From contig CAQFKO010000001.1 in NCBI GenBank assembly GCA_948787875.1, positions 31,545 to 95,544 on the forward strand: 64,000 bases of DNA, given 5' to 3'. The notes under the pieces were generated by a model. The model was not told where the DNA came from. It worked only from the letters and a program-made list of their open reading frames with translations, and did not search any database. Numbering within the stretch: the first letter of the stretch is position 1; each line of letters begins with the position of its first letter. The stretch comes from an uncultured Eubacteriales bacterium. GTDB taxonomy: Bacteria; Bacillota; Clostridia; Christensenellales; UBA1242. The position numbers and the translations under genes are program-made. Of the stretch, positions 8,237-17,977 are shown piece after piece.

Positions 8237-9769
8237 TTATTCATTTGACTCTTTAAGTGCCTGCTGTTTTTTCTTTTTTCCGTTTTTTGAAATATTGATA
8301 AATATTTGCGTAAGCTCGTTAATAAAACCATGAATAAGAATAAAGTAATAAGATAAAAATCTCCAAATAAGCAGTGCCCAAACAATGTTATTCCCTACAT
8401 CTTGCCAGAACAAAATGATAAACGAAATTTCCATCAAACCCGTTCCGCCCGGAAGCGGAATATAACAACTTGCCATTGCACACAAATAATATTTTGTTAA
8501 GCAGATAAGCAAAAACATAAATGGCTCAGTTCCACTAAGAGCCTCGGGAGTTGCGAACGCCATAACAACAAAATATGCCAAACTTGCATATATTATTGAT
8601 TCCACAAAACTCATAACTATCATTTTAAACAGCACTTTTTTGTGAGTCTTTAAAAATGACATTGAACTTTTGTATTCAGCAACTTGATTTAAAAACTTTT
8701 TAAAGCTTTTTCTATAATTCTTTACGATTTTTAGCTTATAGCCAAGTCTGCATATTCCGCTGATAAATGATCTTGTAAACAAACTTCCGCTGGAAACCAA
8801 AAACATAAACACAACAACCAAAACGGTTACGATAAGCCCAATTACACCCAAAATTTCCACTATCAATAATAAGATATTATTAAGCGGTGAAGACAGCGGA
8901 ATTCTTGGAAGTCCGAAAATGAAAAATGCAAGGGTCATAAGCATATTCATTGTGTTGGTTGTTACCATTTTTATAAGAGGAATGCTGGTTGCAACACCGG
9001 GAGATATTCCTTTTTTTGCAAGTCTGACAATTTGCATAGGCTGTCCGCCGACCGCAAAAGGTGTTACATTATCATAATACTTTCCCACAACACCAACATC
9101 ATAAGAAAGCGCCCAATGATTTTTGCCCGTAATTCCCTTAATCAAAACTTTGTACATCAAAGTTTGAAGCAATATAAACACTATATAAGCAAACACTCCG
9201 CCAACAAGCCACCAAAGCCTTTTGCCTTGTGCTTGAATAAGTTGGCTTATATCTAATGTTTCAACCTCGCCCAAAAAGTTTTTTATAATAAAAACCATGA
9301 ACACAATGTTTACTAGCAATAAACACAGGTTAATTATTATGCTCTTTTTTTTCTTTTTCGGAGTTTGCGTTTCCATCGCAAGCTTCATTTTTTCTTCAAC
9401 AATTTCTTCGGAAAGCTCAACTTCAATTTTTGCCTCGCTGTCACTGCCATCGCCACTCTTTTCATCGGGCTTTAATTCAACCTCTTGCTCACTGTTTAAA
9501 TTTTGTTGCTCCGCCAAATTTTCTTCAACAATTTCTTCGGTTTTTATTTCGGCATCTGCCTTTATTATAAGTTCCGGATTTTGTTGTGATTCTATTATTT
9601 TTATCTCTTCCGCTTCGTTATTTTTAATCTGTTTTGTTGCGGGTTTGGATTTTTTTTTGTTTGAAATCTTTTTGTTTTGTTTTGAAGCAGAATTTGTTTT
9701 TGCATCAGAAAAATTGGCAGTGTCTGCCTTTTTTACATTCTTATTCTTACTCTGCCCCACACTTTCCAT
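8237..9769 (-). CDS. UPF0104 / lysyl-phosphatidylglycerol-synthase-TM-like (flippase-like) membrane protein with disordered N-terminus
   Basis: 510 aa. About 150 aa of Lys/Glu-rich N-terminus precede roughly 8 TM helices, with a GGQPMQI motif as in the LPG_synthase_TM family. Confidence 0.6.
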   Translation of the reverse strand: MESVGQSKNKNVKKADTANFSDAKTNSASKQNKKISNKKKSKPATKQIKNNEAEEIKIIESQQNPELIIKADAEIKTEEIVEENLAEQQNLNSEQEVELKPDEKSGDGSDSEAKIEVELSEEIVEEKMKLAMETQTPKKKKKSIIINLCLLLVNIVFMVFIIKNFLGEVETLDISQLIQAQGKRLWWLVGGVFAYIVFILLQTLMYKVLIKGITGKNHWALSYDVGVVGKYYDNVTPFAVGGQPMQIVRLAKKGISPGVATSIPLIKMVTTNTMNMLMTLAFFIFGLPRIPLSSPLNNILLLIVEILGVIGLIVTVLVVVFMFLVSSGSLFTRSFISGICRLGYKLKIVKNYRKSFKKFLNQVAEYKSSMSFLKTHKKVLFKMIVMSFVESIIYASLAYFVVMAFATPEALSGTEPFMFLLICLTKYYLCAMASCYIPLPGGTGLMEISFIILFWQDVGNNIVWALLIWRFLSYYFILIHGFINELTQIFINISKNGKKKKQQALKESNE

Positions 9770-9775
9770 GTTGTC

Positions 9776-9804
9776 ATTATAATTTATATGAAAATATTTG
9801 ACAA
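9776..9804 (-). promoter_or_regulatory. promoter TTGTCA-17-TATAAT placed 6 nt before the ATG (leaderless geometry)
   Basis: Minus strand reads TTGTCA (9804-9799), 17 nt, TATAAT (9781-9776), gacaac, then ATG at 9769. No SD. Confidence 0.6.
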
Positions 9805-9842
9805 TTAATTTCTTATTATTTTTTTATTTTTATTTAATTTAA

Positions 9843-9895
9843 CATAATAAAAAAATCTATATGCCCCATTTAAAAACCAAGTTACATATAGATTT
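9843..9895 (-). terminator. terminator with 11-bp stem and 21-nt loop
   Basis: AAATCTATATG (9853-9863) / CATATAGATTT (9885-9895), followed on the minus strand by TTTTATTATG. Confidence 0.6.
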
Positions 9896-9901
9896 TATTT
9901 T

Positions 9902-12187
9902 TTAAGATATTGAGTCCATCAACTGCTCATAAGTCAGTTTTTCTTCATAAATAATTTTGCCCTCTTCATAATATTTGTTTAACCATTCATATTCAAGTTT
10001 TAAGAAGTAGGTGCCGTTGCTTGAAGAATTGCCTGCAAGAGCAGAATATAGACTGTCATAAAAATAGTCATAAACTGTTTGATTTGAAGCACTGCAAACA
10101 TAAGTTTTTTTCATAAGTTTTACAATTTCTTCAACATCGTCGTAAGAAAGATTTTGAACATCAACAAGGCTTTCACCTTGAACATAAACATCTTCAACTT
10201 TTATAAAGTGATAGCCATAATCAGATATAATAACATTGGTCAAAGACTCAACATCACCTGATTCAAGTTTGTTTTTGATTGCAACATTAACATCATTTCC
10301 GTTTTTTGAAGAGCCGACAAGATTTGATATTATATCTCTTGCGCCTCTTGCAAAGTCAACCACCCAAGAACCGTTTTCGTCAGGATAGTTAGACATTACA
10401 TAACCAATTTTGCTTGAAAGTTCATTTTTTAAGCCATCGGCAGAAAATATAAACTCTAATTCAACAAAGGCAAAAGAAGCTACTTTTCTGTTTATTAACG
10501 CTTTTGCACCGGCAGTGTCGTCTGCATAAGTTTCTTTTATATTTTCAACTGTTTCAAGAATATAAGACATATTCTCATATTTTTCTTTAAGAGCGTTTAT
10601 TTCGGTTTCATTATTAGCAACAAGTGCGTCATAATATTTGATAAAGTCTGCCGATAAAGTCGAATATGCGGTTTTATAAATGCTTTCTATATCGGATTCG
10701 GAAGCGAGCCATTTGATTTCTGATGAATCAACAACTTGTTTTTCACCATCTTTAATATAATAATATTCTATATTTTCATAATCAAAAATATTTGAAGGAG
10801 TTGCATTATCGGATTTTAGCTCAATATAGCCCTTTCCTGTTTTGTCATTGATTGTTTCGTCAAAATAATATGGCTTTACCACTCCGCTAACAAATCCGGC
10901 AATAATGCTTTGTTCAAGATAGTTGTCTTTTTTTACCTCAGCAAGCATTTTGTAGCCCAAAGTAAGCTTTTCTCTTTCTGCTCTGTAATAGTCTGCAATA
11001 ACTTTGTCATAGTCTGTTCCGCTGCCCGAAGCATAACCTTCGAGTTGCTTGATTTGACCTTCCAAATATTCGTCAAACTTAATCAAAATATGCTGAACTG
11101 TGAAGAAAAAGTTTTGACCGTTATAGTTGTAAAGCACAAGGCTTGCACCATCTGATGATGTGATTGTAGAAATAAAACTGCTTTCAACTTGGTTTGTTTG
11201 CATATCTTGATAATATTTATCCAAAAATGCTTTGACAAGCGCTTTGTCGCTAAGAGTTTCTGTGTCGCCGAGCTTTCCGTCGTCTTCACTTCCGATTTCA
11301 ATGCCGTAATAGTTTGTTAAATATTCTTGCAAATAAAAGTTTTGGAAAAGTGTTGTGATTTTTGATTCGTAATAAGAATTATAAACTCTTAAAATTTCAT
11401 TTTCAAGCACAACTTTTGCATCTGTGTTTGTGCCACTTGATTTTGCGGAAGAAATAAGCCATTCAACATATCTTGTGTATGCTTGATTTCTTGAATTTTC
11501 GATATAACCATCATAAACGATTTTTTCACGGATTTCGTTGCCTTCGTCGTCTGTTTCGGTAACATATTCAAACAAATATTCTTGAACATGCCCCAACTCT
11601 TTTTTTACATTTTCTTCCGAAAGTTTTTCTGTTTTTGTTTCAAGTTTTTCTGTTCTGCTTTTAATTTCCGGCTTTACGGTTTTGTATGCTTCAAACTTAA
11701 CATTATCATCACTCGCCTTGTCATCTTTAAGCCAAACAGGATATCCGTCTTCTTCATAGCCCTTTAAGCTATAAAGTGCCTTTTCATAAACACTTACCTG
11801 AGAATAAAAATATTCTTTTACCGATTTCCAAACATCTTCTTCGTCTTCTTCTGTGTAAACGATATAGCCGTTTGGATTTTTGGTTTCGTCATAAAGCATG
11901 GCAGAAGAATTTTGACTTACTATTTGCCTCATTGCAACCCAAGTATAAAATGAGTTAACAACGGTTTCGTGGTCATAATAAGCAAAATAATTGCTGTTGT
12001 TTTGATAATAAGTGTAGAACTGATTTATTATATCATTTTTTGTTAAAACGGTTTCACCGACCTGCATAGCGTTACCCGTATTTTTTTTGCTGTTATCGGG
12101 TTTTACAAGTCCGCAACTGCATAGCGAAAACACTGAAAACACCGCTACAAAAACACCAAGTAAAATTGCTTTTAGTTTGTTTTTCAA
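9902..12187 (-). CDS. large PrsA/SurA-like lipoprotein with PpiC-type (parvulin) PPIase region
   Basis: GGAGGA SD 7 nt before TTG at 12187 gives MKNKLKAILLGVFVAVFSVFSLCS|C (lipobox). The ORF-track N-terminus (to 12253) covers the promoter. FTVQHILIKF and SDYGYHFIKVEDV resemble parvulin motifs. Confidence 0.6.
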   Translation of the reverse strand: MKNKLKAILLGVFVAVFSVFSLCSCGLVKPDNSKKNTGNAMQVGETVLTKNDIINQFYTYYQNNSNYFAYYDHETVVNSFYTWVAMRQIVSQNSSAMLYDETKNPNGYIVYTEEDEEDVWKSVKEYFYSQVSVYEKALYSLKGYEEDGYPVWLKDDKASDDNVKFEAYKTVKPEIKSRTEKLETKTEKLSEENVKKELGHVQEYLFEYVTETDDEGNEIREKIVYDGYIENSRNQAYTRYVEWLISSAKSSGTNTDAKVVLENEILRVYNSYYESKITTLFQNFYLQEYLTNYYGIEIGSEDDGKLGDTETLSDKALVKAFLDKYYQDMQTNQVESSFISTITSSDGASLVLYNYNGQNFFFTVQHILIKFDEYLEGQIKQLEGYASGSGTDYDKVIADYYRAEREKLTLGYKMLAEVKKDNYLEQSIIAGFVSGVVKPYYFDETINDKTGKGYIELKSDNATPSNIFDYENIEYYYIKDGEKQVVDSSEIKWLASESDIESIYKTAYSTLSADFIKYYDALVANNETEINALKEKYENMSYILETVENIKETYADDTAGAKALINRKVASFAFVELEFIFSADGLKNELSSKIGYVMSNYPDENGSWVVDFARGARDIISNLVGSSKNGNDVNVAIKNKLESGDVESLTNVIISDYGYHFIKVEDVYVQGESLVDVQNLSYDDVEEIVKLMKKTYVCSASNQTVYDYFYDSLYSALAGNSSSNGTYFLKLEYEWLNKYYEEGKIIYEEKLTYEQLMDSIS

Positions 12188-12221
12188 AATATAATCCTCC
12201 AATTTAACTAATACACTGAAA

Positions 12222-12250
12222 ATTATAACCAAATAAACATAAAAAATCAA
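12222..12250 (-). promoter_or_regulatory. promoter TTGATT-17-TATAAT of the PrsA-like gene
   Basis: Minus strand reads TTGATT (12250-12245), 17 nt, TATAAT (12227-12222). It overlaps an AT-rich hairpin after mfd. Confidence 0.6.
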
Positions 12251-12303
12251 CACTTTTTAATAATAAAAAAGTGTCAGATTTTATAATTTTTGATATTTGA
12301 CGA

Positions 12304-15300
12304 TTAATTTTTGTTTTTTAGTTCCACTAAGTGTATCAAAAACATTTTCAATAGCTCAAAATTTTCTTTTACACTGTTAAACTTATTAAAGCAAATAAGC
12401 GGTTTTTTTGACAAGTTTATTGTGCAACTGTTTCTGAGTTTATAAACCGCCTCCGCAATATCAGGGTCGCCCGTGATTTGCTTAATATCCGAAAAAATAA
12501 GCATTACGCCTTGTCCATCACTTATAACTTCCTGAGCCATTGCCTTGCCCGCCAATTGCCTTACCAGCGAAATCGAAATCAAATTCAAAACCACTTCGGG
12601 AACTTTTCCGTAAATAGAGGTAAGTTCCAATTTAAGTTTTTCGGCAGATTCATTTGAATTTACACCAGAAATTCTTTTATAGGCAATCATTCTGTCTTCG
12701 CTTGTGGAAATATAACTTTCGGGAACAAACGCATCAAGCGCAACCTTTATCAAAACATCTGCCTCTTTTTCTACCTTTTCGCCCCTTAATTCTTTTACCG
12801 CATCACTCAAAAGTTTTGTGTATAAATCATAGCCTATTTTTTGAAGATGTCCGCTCTGCTCTGCACCCAAAATGTTTCCGCCACCTCTGATTTCCAAATC
12901 ACGCATTGCAAGCTTAAACCCGCTTCCGAATTCGCAAAACTCACTGATTGCGTCCAGCCTTTTATATGCCTCTTCCGTCAAAATTTTGCTTTTGTTATAG
13001 GTTAAATATGCATAAGCCATTTTTGAGCCTCTGCCCACTCTTCCTCTTATTTGATAAAGCTGAGAAAGCCCAAGTTTGTCGGCGTCAACAATAATTATTG
13101 TATTTGCATTATCTATATCTATGCCGTTTTCAATGATTGTTGTGCAAACCAAAACATCGCTTTGCTTGTTATAAAAATTAAATACTACCTCTTCAAGCAG
13201 CTTTGCGGGCATCTGCCCATGAGCCACAGATATTTTTGCTTCCGGGACAATCTTTCTCAATTTCTCTGCAAAAGTATAAATATGTTCAACACTGTTAAAC
13301 AAAACAAACACTTGACCGTCTCTTGATATTTCTCTTAAAATTGCATCTTTTACAAGCCCTTCCGAATATTCGGTAACATAGGTTTGAATTGGCTGTCTTT
13401 CGCTTGGAGGGGTTGATATTACCGAAATATCACGAATTCCCGACAGCGACATTGACAAAGTTCTTGGAATTGGAGTTGCCGAAAGAGTAAGCACATCTAC
13501 ATTAGGATATTTCAGTTTAAGTTTTTCTTTGTCGCCAACGCCGAACTTTTGCTCTTCGTCAAGAATAATAAGCCCCAAATTTTTGAACTCAACATCTTTG
13601 CTAAGAATTCGGTGAGTTCCGCAAACAATATCAATATTGCCCGTTAACAAACCATCTAAAATTTTTGATGTTTCCTTGGCGGATTTAAACCTGTTTAAAA
13701 CTGCAATTTGCACGCCGTAATTGTACATTCTGCTCTTTGCGGTATTATAGTGCTGTTCGGACAAAATGGTTGTTGGCGCAACAAACGCCACTTGCTTGCC
13801 GTCCATAATTGCCTTAAATGCTGCACGAAGCGCAACCTCGGTTTTTCCAAAGCCAACATCTCCGCAAAGAAGCCTGTCCATGACCTTTGTTTCTTCCATA
13901 TCTTTTTTTATTTCGTCGGCAGAAATAAGTTGGTCTTCCGTTTCGGTATAAGGAAACGCATTTTCAAATTCTCGTTGAAGGTCGGTATCTTCCGAAAATG
14001 CAAAGCCTTTTATTTTTTCTCTTTGTGCATAAAGTTCAACCAAGTTGAACGCTAATTTTTTTACGGACTGCCTTGCCTTTTCTTTTACCGCCGAAAAGTC
14101 TTGACCGCCGATTTTGCTGAGCTTTGCAGGCGCTTCTGCTCCCGAAAATCTGTCTAGCATATCGAGTTGTTCTATTGGAACATAGAGCTTGTCGCCATCT
14201 CTGTATCTTATTATAACATAGTCTTTTGTTCCGAGGTTTCCTGAAAGTTTTGTGACACCCTCGCAAACACCGATACCATGATAATGGTGAACAACATAAT
14301 CGCCGACTTTTGGAACGGAAAAGGCGTTTTCTCTTCCCGAGCCAAGTTTTGAGCTGGTGCGTTTTTTTGCAAAAATATCATAAGTTCCAACCACCATAAC
14401 TTTTTCTTCTTCCAAAACAAAACCAGAAGAATATCCGCTCGTGAAAATCGCGGAAGAATTGTCGGAGATTTTTGCATTGTTATTTATTTTTATATCTATT
14501 CCGTGAGAGGAAAGCGTTGAGCTTAAACTTTGTGCATTACTTTCGCTTCCCGCAAAAATATAAATTTTTGTGCCTTTATTAAGCCTTAATTTTAACTCTA
14601 AATAAAAGTCTTTCATGCTGTGAGTATATCTTGATATCGGAAGTGTTTTGAAATTAAAAACCGCTTTGCTCTCAAAAAAATTGTTTGAATTTGTTATTTT
14701 TAAAAACGCAATTGCGGTTTTGTTTGAAAACATTGACAACACTTCTTCGACCGAAAAAAAGCAAGGCAACTTTTTTGCAATAAGCATATTATCTGCCCTT
14801 AACTGTTTTAACCTTGAATTTGTTTCCTTTGAAAAATTCAAAAAGCTGTCATATATTTGTTTGCATTCGTCAAAAGCAACAATATAGTCAATTTTTGAAG
14901 CGTTAAGATAATCAAAAATATTTGACCTGAAATCTTTTATAAAGCTTGAAAGAAGGTCTAGATTATGGCTTTGAACATTGGCGTCAAGTCTTGAAATAAT
15001 TTCGTCTGTTTGACTGTTAAATATTATTGCGGAATCGGAGTTTTGCAACAGCTTTTGTTTTTCCAAAGTGCTTTTTAAATTTTGCCTTTCCTCTTGTTCT
15101 AGCATTAAATCGCTGTTTGGGCAAATTGATAACTTTGTAACAAGTTTTGTTCCTTTTTGTGTGGCAATATCAAAAACCTTTATACTCTCTATTTCCGTAT
15201 CAAAAAAGTCTATTCTGTATGGCTTGTCGCAATTAGCGGGAAAAATATCAAAAACCTCGCCACGCCTTGAAAACTGACCTGCATCATATATCAATTCTTG

Positions 15301-15789
15301 TCTTGTGTAACCCGCTTCCGTTAATCTTAGCTCTAATTCGCTTAAATCAATGTGTTTTTGCATTTCAAGAGTTATTATGTTTTTTTGAAATCTTTTTTCG
15401 CTTGGAAGAAAGCTAAACAGAGAGGCTATGGGAACAATAATCACATCAAAATTTTTATTTAAAATATCAAACAAAACCTTTGTTTTTTTTGTGGCAAGTT
15501 CGTTTGATCCCGCTCTTTTATACAAAAAACTATCTGACGGAGACTCAAAAACAACTGTGTTTAGACCCATAATTTTGAAGTCTTCCGAAATTGCATTCGC
15601 TTTTATGCTGTCTGCCGTTATATAAACAACTTTTTTGTTAAAGCTTGAAACAATAGCGGGTCTTATTGAATTTTGCACACCAAAAACAGAGCAGGAATTT
15701 CCTGCCCTCACTTCTTCTTCAAATCTGCTGAAATTTTTGTTCAGCCCCGCAAAATCAAAAGCTTTAATATTTGCCACCGTTATCCCCAT
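12304..15789 (-). CDS. mfd: transcription-repair coupling factor
   Basis: 1161 aa. SF2 helicase motifs GDVGFGKTEVA and DEEQKFGV, plus a CarD-like region (VGDYVVHHYHGIG). Overlaps the pth 3' end by 26 nt. Confidence 0.95.
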   Translation of the reverse strand: MGITVANIKAFDFAGLNKNFSRFEEEVRAGNSCSVFGVQNSIRPAIVSSFNKKVVYITADSIKANAISEDFKIMGLNTVVFESPSDSFLYKRAGSNELATKKTKVLFDILNKNFDVIIVPIASLFSFLPSEKRFQKNIITLEMQKHIDLSELELRLTEAGYTRQELIYDAGQFSRRGEVFDIFPANCDKPYRIDFFDTEIESIKVFDIATQKGTKLVTKLSICPNSDLMLEQEERQNLKSTLEKQKLLQNSDSAIIFNSQTDEIISRLDANVQSHNLDLLSSFIKDFRSNIFDYLNASKIDYIVAFDECKQIYDSFLNFSKETNSRLKQLRADNMLIAKKLPCFFSVEEVLSMFSNKTAIAFLKITNSNNFFESKAVFNFKTLPISRYTHSMKDFYLELKLRLNKGTKIYIFAGSESNAQSLSSTLSSHGIDIKINNNAKISDNSSAIFTSGYSSGFVLEEEKVMVVGTYDIFAKKRTSSKLGSGRENAFSVPKVGDYVVHHYHGIGVCEGVTKLSGNLGTKDYVIIRYRDGDKLYVPIEQLDMLDRFSGAEAPAKLSKIGGQDFSAVKEKARQSVKKLAFNLVELYAQREKIKGFAFSEDTDLQREFENAFPYTETEDQLISADEIKKDMEETKVMDRLLCGDVGFGKTEVALRAAFKAIMDGKQVAFVAPTTILSEQHYNTAKSRMYNYGVQIAVLNRFKSAKETSKILDGLLTGNIDIVCGTHRILSKDVEFKNLGLIILDEEQKFGVGDKEKLKLKYPNVDVLTLSATPIPRTLSMSLSGIRDISVISTPPSERQPIQTYVTEYSEGLVKDAILREISRDGQVFVLFNSVEHIYTFAEKLRKIVPEAKISVAHGQMPAKLLEEVVFNFYNKQSDVLVCTTIIENGIDIDNANTIIIVDADKLGLSQLYQIRGRVGRGSKMAYAYLTYNKSKILTEEAYKRLDAISEFCEFGSGFKLAMRDLEIRGGGNILGAEQSGHLQKIGYDLYTKLLSDAVKELRGEKVEKEADVLIKVALDAFVPESYISTSEDRMIAYKRISGVNSNESAEKLKLELTSIYGKVPEVVLNLISISLVRQLAGKAMAQEVISDGQGVMLIFSDIKQITGDPDIAEAVYKLRNSCTINLSKKPLICFNKFNSVKENFELLKMFLIHLVELKNKN

Positions 15790-16339
15790 TAAATTTTGTC
15801 ATAACACTGTCAATAGTTTCTCCGTTTGCGTATGCCAAAATGGCATTGAATGCTTTGTTTAGCCCAAGCTCTTGCTCATTTGTCATTTTCATTTTAGACA
15901 AAACAAAATTTGCAAGGTCTTGGTTTTGAGCTTGTTTGCCTATGCCCACTCTTACTCTTAAAAAGTTATCTGCACCAAGCTCTTTTATTATGCTTTTAAG
16001 CCCATTGTGAGTGCCCGCAGAACCTGCTTTTCTTATTCTGACTGCCCCTTGTGGCAAATCAATGTCGTCACTGATTACAAGCACATCACTGATTTCTATA
16101 TTATATTTTTTTACAAAACTTTTAACTGACCTTCCGCTTTCATTCATATAAGTTCTTGGCTTTGCAAAAATAAAGTGTTCGCCACATATATTTTTTTCCG
16201 CATAATCGGCATCACAACCAAGTTTGTTAAATTTTAAGCCAAGGTTTTCTGCAAGTTTGTCAAGAACCATAAAACCCGCATTATGATTGGTGCTTTCATA
16301 TTCTTTGCCGATATTGCCCAGCCCAACAATAAGTTTCAT
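15764..16339 (-). CDS. pth: peptidyl-tRNA hydrolase
   Basis: MKLIVGLGNIGKEYESTNHNAGF is the canonical Pth N-terminus. The start overlaps the stop of the upstream gene (TAATG). Confidence 0.95.
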   Translation of the reverse strand: MKLIVGLGNIGKEYESTNHNAGFMVLDKLAENLGLKFNKLGCDADYAEKNICGEHFIFAKPRTYMNESGRSVKSFVKKYNIEISDVLVISDDIDLPQGAVRIRKAGSAGTHNGLKSIIKELGADNFLRVRVGIGKQAQNQDLANFVLSKMKMTNEQELGLNKAFNAILAYANGETIDSVMTKFNGDNGGKY

Positions 16340-17433
16340 TACTTTTTTTCCTCATAATTTTTTGTGAATTTTGCAAAAGGTTTAACAATTGCGTTTTCAG
16401 AAACAATAGTATCACAAACCATTGCACCCTCACCGACTACCGCATTTGCAAGAACTGCCACCATTTCGTTTGCCATAACAACTTTTGCGGCTGCTTTTAT
16501 TTGAACATTTTCCGCAACTCTTGCACCGATTAATGTTGCACCCGTTCCTACAAAAACATTTTGCTTTAAGCCGGAACAAGAAACAACTGTTGCGGACTCA
16601 ACGTTTGACCTTTCGCCTATAACGGATTTTTTTATAACCGCGCCAGCACCGATAAACGCTCCGTCTTTTATTACACTGTCTTCAATAACAGCACCATTTT
16701 CAACAACAACATCGTCTCCGAGTTTTGACCCGCAGATTACCGCATTTGCTCCGATTTTTGAATCTGCGCCGATTTTGGTTTTGCTTATTATTGCAGAACC
16801 GCCACCGATTTCTGTGTGATAACCGATTTCAACAGAGGCATCAATGGTTAAATTTCTGCCGTCTAAAATAACTTGATTTTTGTTATGAAAATCTAAAACC
16901 CTTCTTTTTAAAATAAGCTGGGCATATTCCAAATCACGAATATCTTTTACTTCAAAAAAGTCGTCTGACGCAAAATCATAGGTATCAATAGAAAAAAGTC
17001 TGTCTACCCTTGAAATATAGTCATTTTTAAAAACATAGCCTTTTTTTAGTTTGCAAGCAGAAAGGTGCTTTCTTGAAACAAAACCAAGAAGGTCTAACAA
17101 ATGCCCTTTTCTTACAAACGGAGTGCTTGCATAAAGCACAACCGAATACTCAATGCCCGAAATATAAGGTTTAATTAACCTTAAAACATCTTCACCCTCA
17201 TTTGCTCTTAAAACAACAGGCTCGCTTGGGCAAGCACGCACAACCCACTCGGCAAGAGTAAGTCCGCAAACACTGCACTCAAAAACATTTTTCGGCAAAG
17301 AATCATTATTGTTATTTTCACAAATAACAAAATATCTTGCATTTATTTTTTCATTAAAATTTTCAATAAATTCGGGCTGTTCGTTTAAAACCAAAACATT
17401 TTCAGCCGAAACAACTTCTTCTAATATTTCCAT
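16339..17433 (-). CDS. GlmU-derived protein (degenerate nucleotidyltransferase-like N-domain plus left-handed beta-helix)
   Basis: 364 aa. The linker and LbH region align by eye to GlmU (VKDIRDLEYAQLILKRRVLDFHNKNQVILDGRNLTID...). However LAAGxGTRM is replaced by ICENNNND, GDTPL by ASTPF, and no NYDG motif is present. Confidence 0.5.
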   Translation of the reverse strand: MEILEEVVSAENVLVLNEQPEFIENFNEKINARYFVICENNNNDSLPKNVFECSVCGLTLAEWVVRACPSEPVVLRANEGEDVLRLIKPYISGIEYSVVLYASTPFVRKGHLLDLLGFVSRKHLSACKLKKGYVFKNDYISRVDRLFSIDTYDFASDDFFEVKDIRDLEYAQLILKRRVLDFHNKNQVILDGRNLTIDASVEIGYHTEIGGGSAIISKTKIGADSKIGANAVICGSKLGDDVVVENGAVIEDSVIKDGAFIGAGAVIKKSVIGERSNVESATVVSCSGLKQNVFVGTGATLIGARVAENVQIKAAAKVVMANEMVAVLANAVVGEGAMVCDTIVSENAIVKPFAKFTKNYEEKK

Positions 17434-17439
17434 ACTTAA

Positions 17440-17468
17440 AGTTTATTAATTATGACCTATTTTGTCAA
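17440..17468 (-). promoter_or_regulatory. promoter TTGACA-17-TAAACT, 6 nt before the ATG (leaderless geometry)
   Basis: Minus strand reads TTGACA (17468-17463), 17 nt, TAAACT (17445-17440), ttaagt, then ATG at 17433. No SD. Confidence 0.55.
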
Positions 17469-17487
17469 GCGTGAAAAATAGTTATTT

Positions 17488-17515
17488 AAAAAAAACAAGC
17501 ACAAATTATTGTGCT
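17488..17515 (-). terminator. rho-independent terminator after tadA
   Basis: AGCACAA (17498-17504) / TTGTGCT (17509-17515), followed on the minus strand by a T8 run. Confidence 0.7.
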
Positions 17516-17519
17516 AAGT

Positions 17520-17969
17520 TTATTTTTTCCTTTTTTGTTTAAAATATTCGGAAAGCATAGCTGAGCACTCTTTTTCAAAAAAGCCACCCTCCACATTTGC
17601 TTTGTGATTAAGTTCTGCCCTATTTGAAATTTCGCCGGCAGAAATTGACCCGTTTGTGATATATGCCCCAAAATAAACATTGCTTATTCTGCTGTTTAAT
17701 ATTGCCCCCATACACATTACACAAGGTTCAAGCGAAACATAAATATCTGCCCCGACAAGTCTGAAATCATTTAGCTTTTTGCAGGCTTTTTTTATTGCAA
17801 GAACTTCTGCATGAGCGGTTGCATCATTGCTTTTTTCTCTTATATTATATGCACTTGAAATTACCTTTCCGTTTAAAACAACAACCGCGCCCACCGGAAC
17901 TTCGTCTGCATCAAACGCAACTTTTGCAAGCTTTATCGCCTTTTTCATAAACTTTTCTTGGTATGCCAT
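17520..17969 (-). CDS. tadA: tRNA adenosine(34) deaminase
   Basis: HAEVLAI and PCVMCMGA are the CDA-fold zinc motifs. 149 aa. Confidence 0.9.
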   Translation of the reverse strand: MAYQEKFMKKAIKLAKVAFDADEVPVGAVVVLNGKVISSAYNIREKSNDATAHAEVLAIKKACKKLNDFRLVGADIYVSLEPCVMCMGAILNSRISNVYFGAYITNGSISAGEISNRAELNHKANVEGGFFEKECSAMLSEYFKQKRKK

Positions 17970-17977
17970 AAATCACC

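Noticed and set aside
8110-8385. 91-aa minus-strand ORF spanning the UPF0104 3' end and the M23 5' end
   Set aside because: It overlaps two well-supported genes out of frame and has no translation signals.
9297-9782. 161-aa + strand ORF (Ser/Phe-rich), plus similar antisense ORFs at 42645-42935, 40351-40752, 62030-62593, 34966-35412, 31956-32438 and 18846-19286
   Set aside because: All lie antisense to well-supported genes, often in low-complexity or repeat-coding regions that keep the opposite frame open. They have no SD or promoter, and their composition is biased and implausible.
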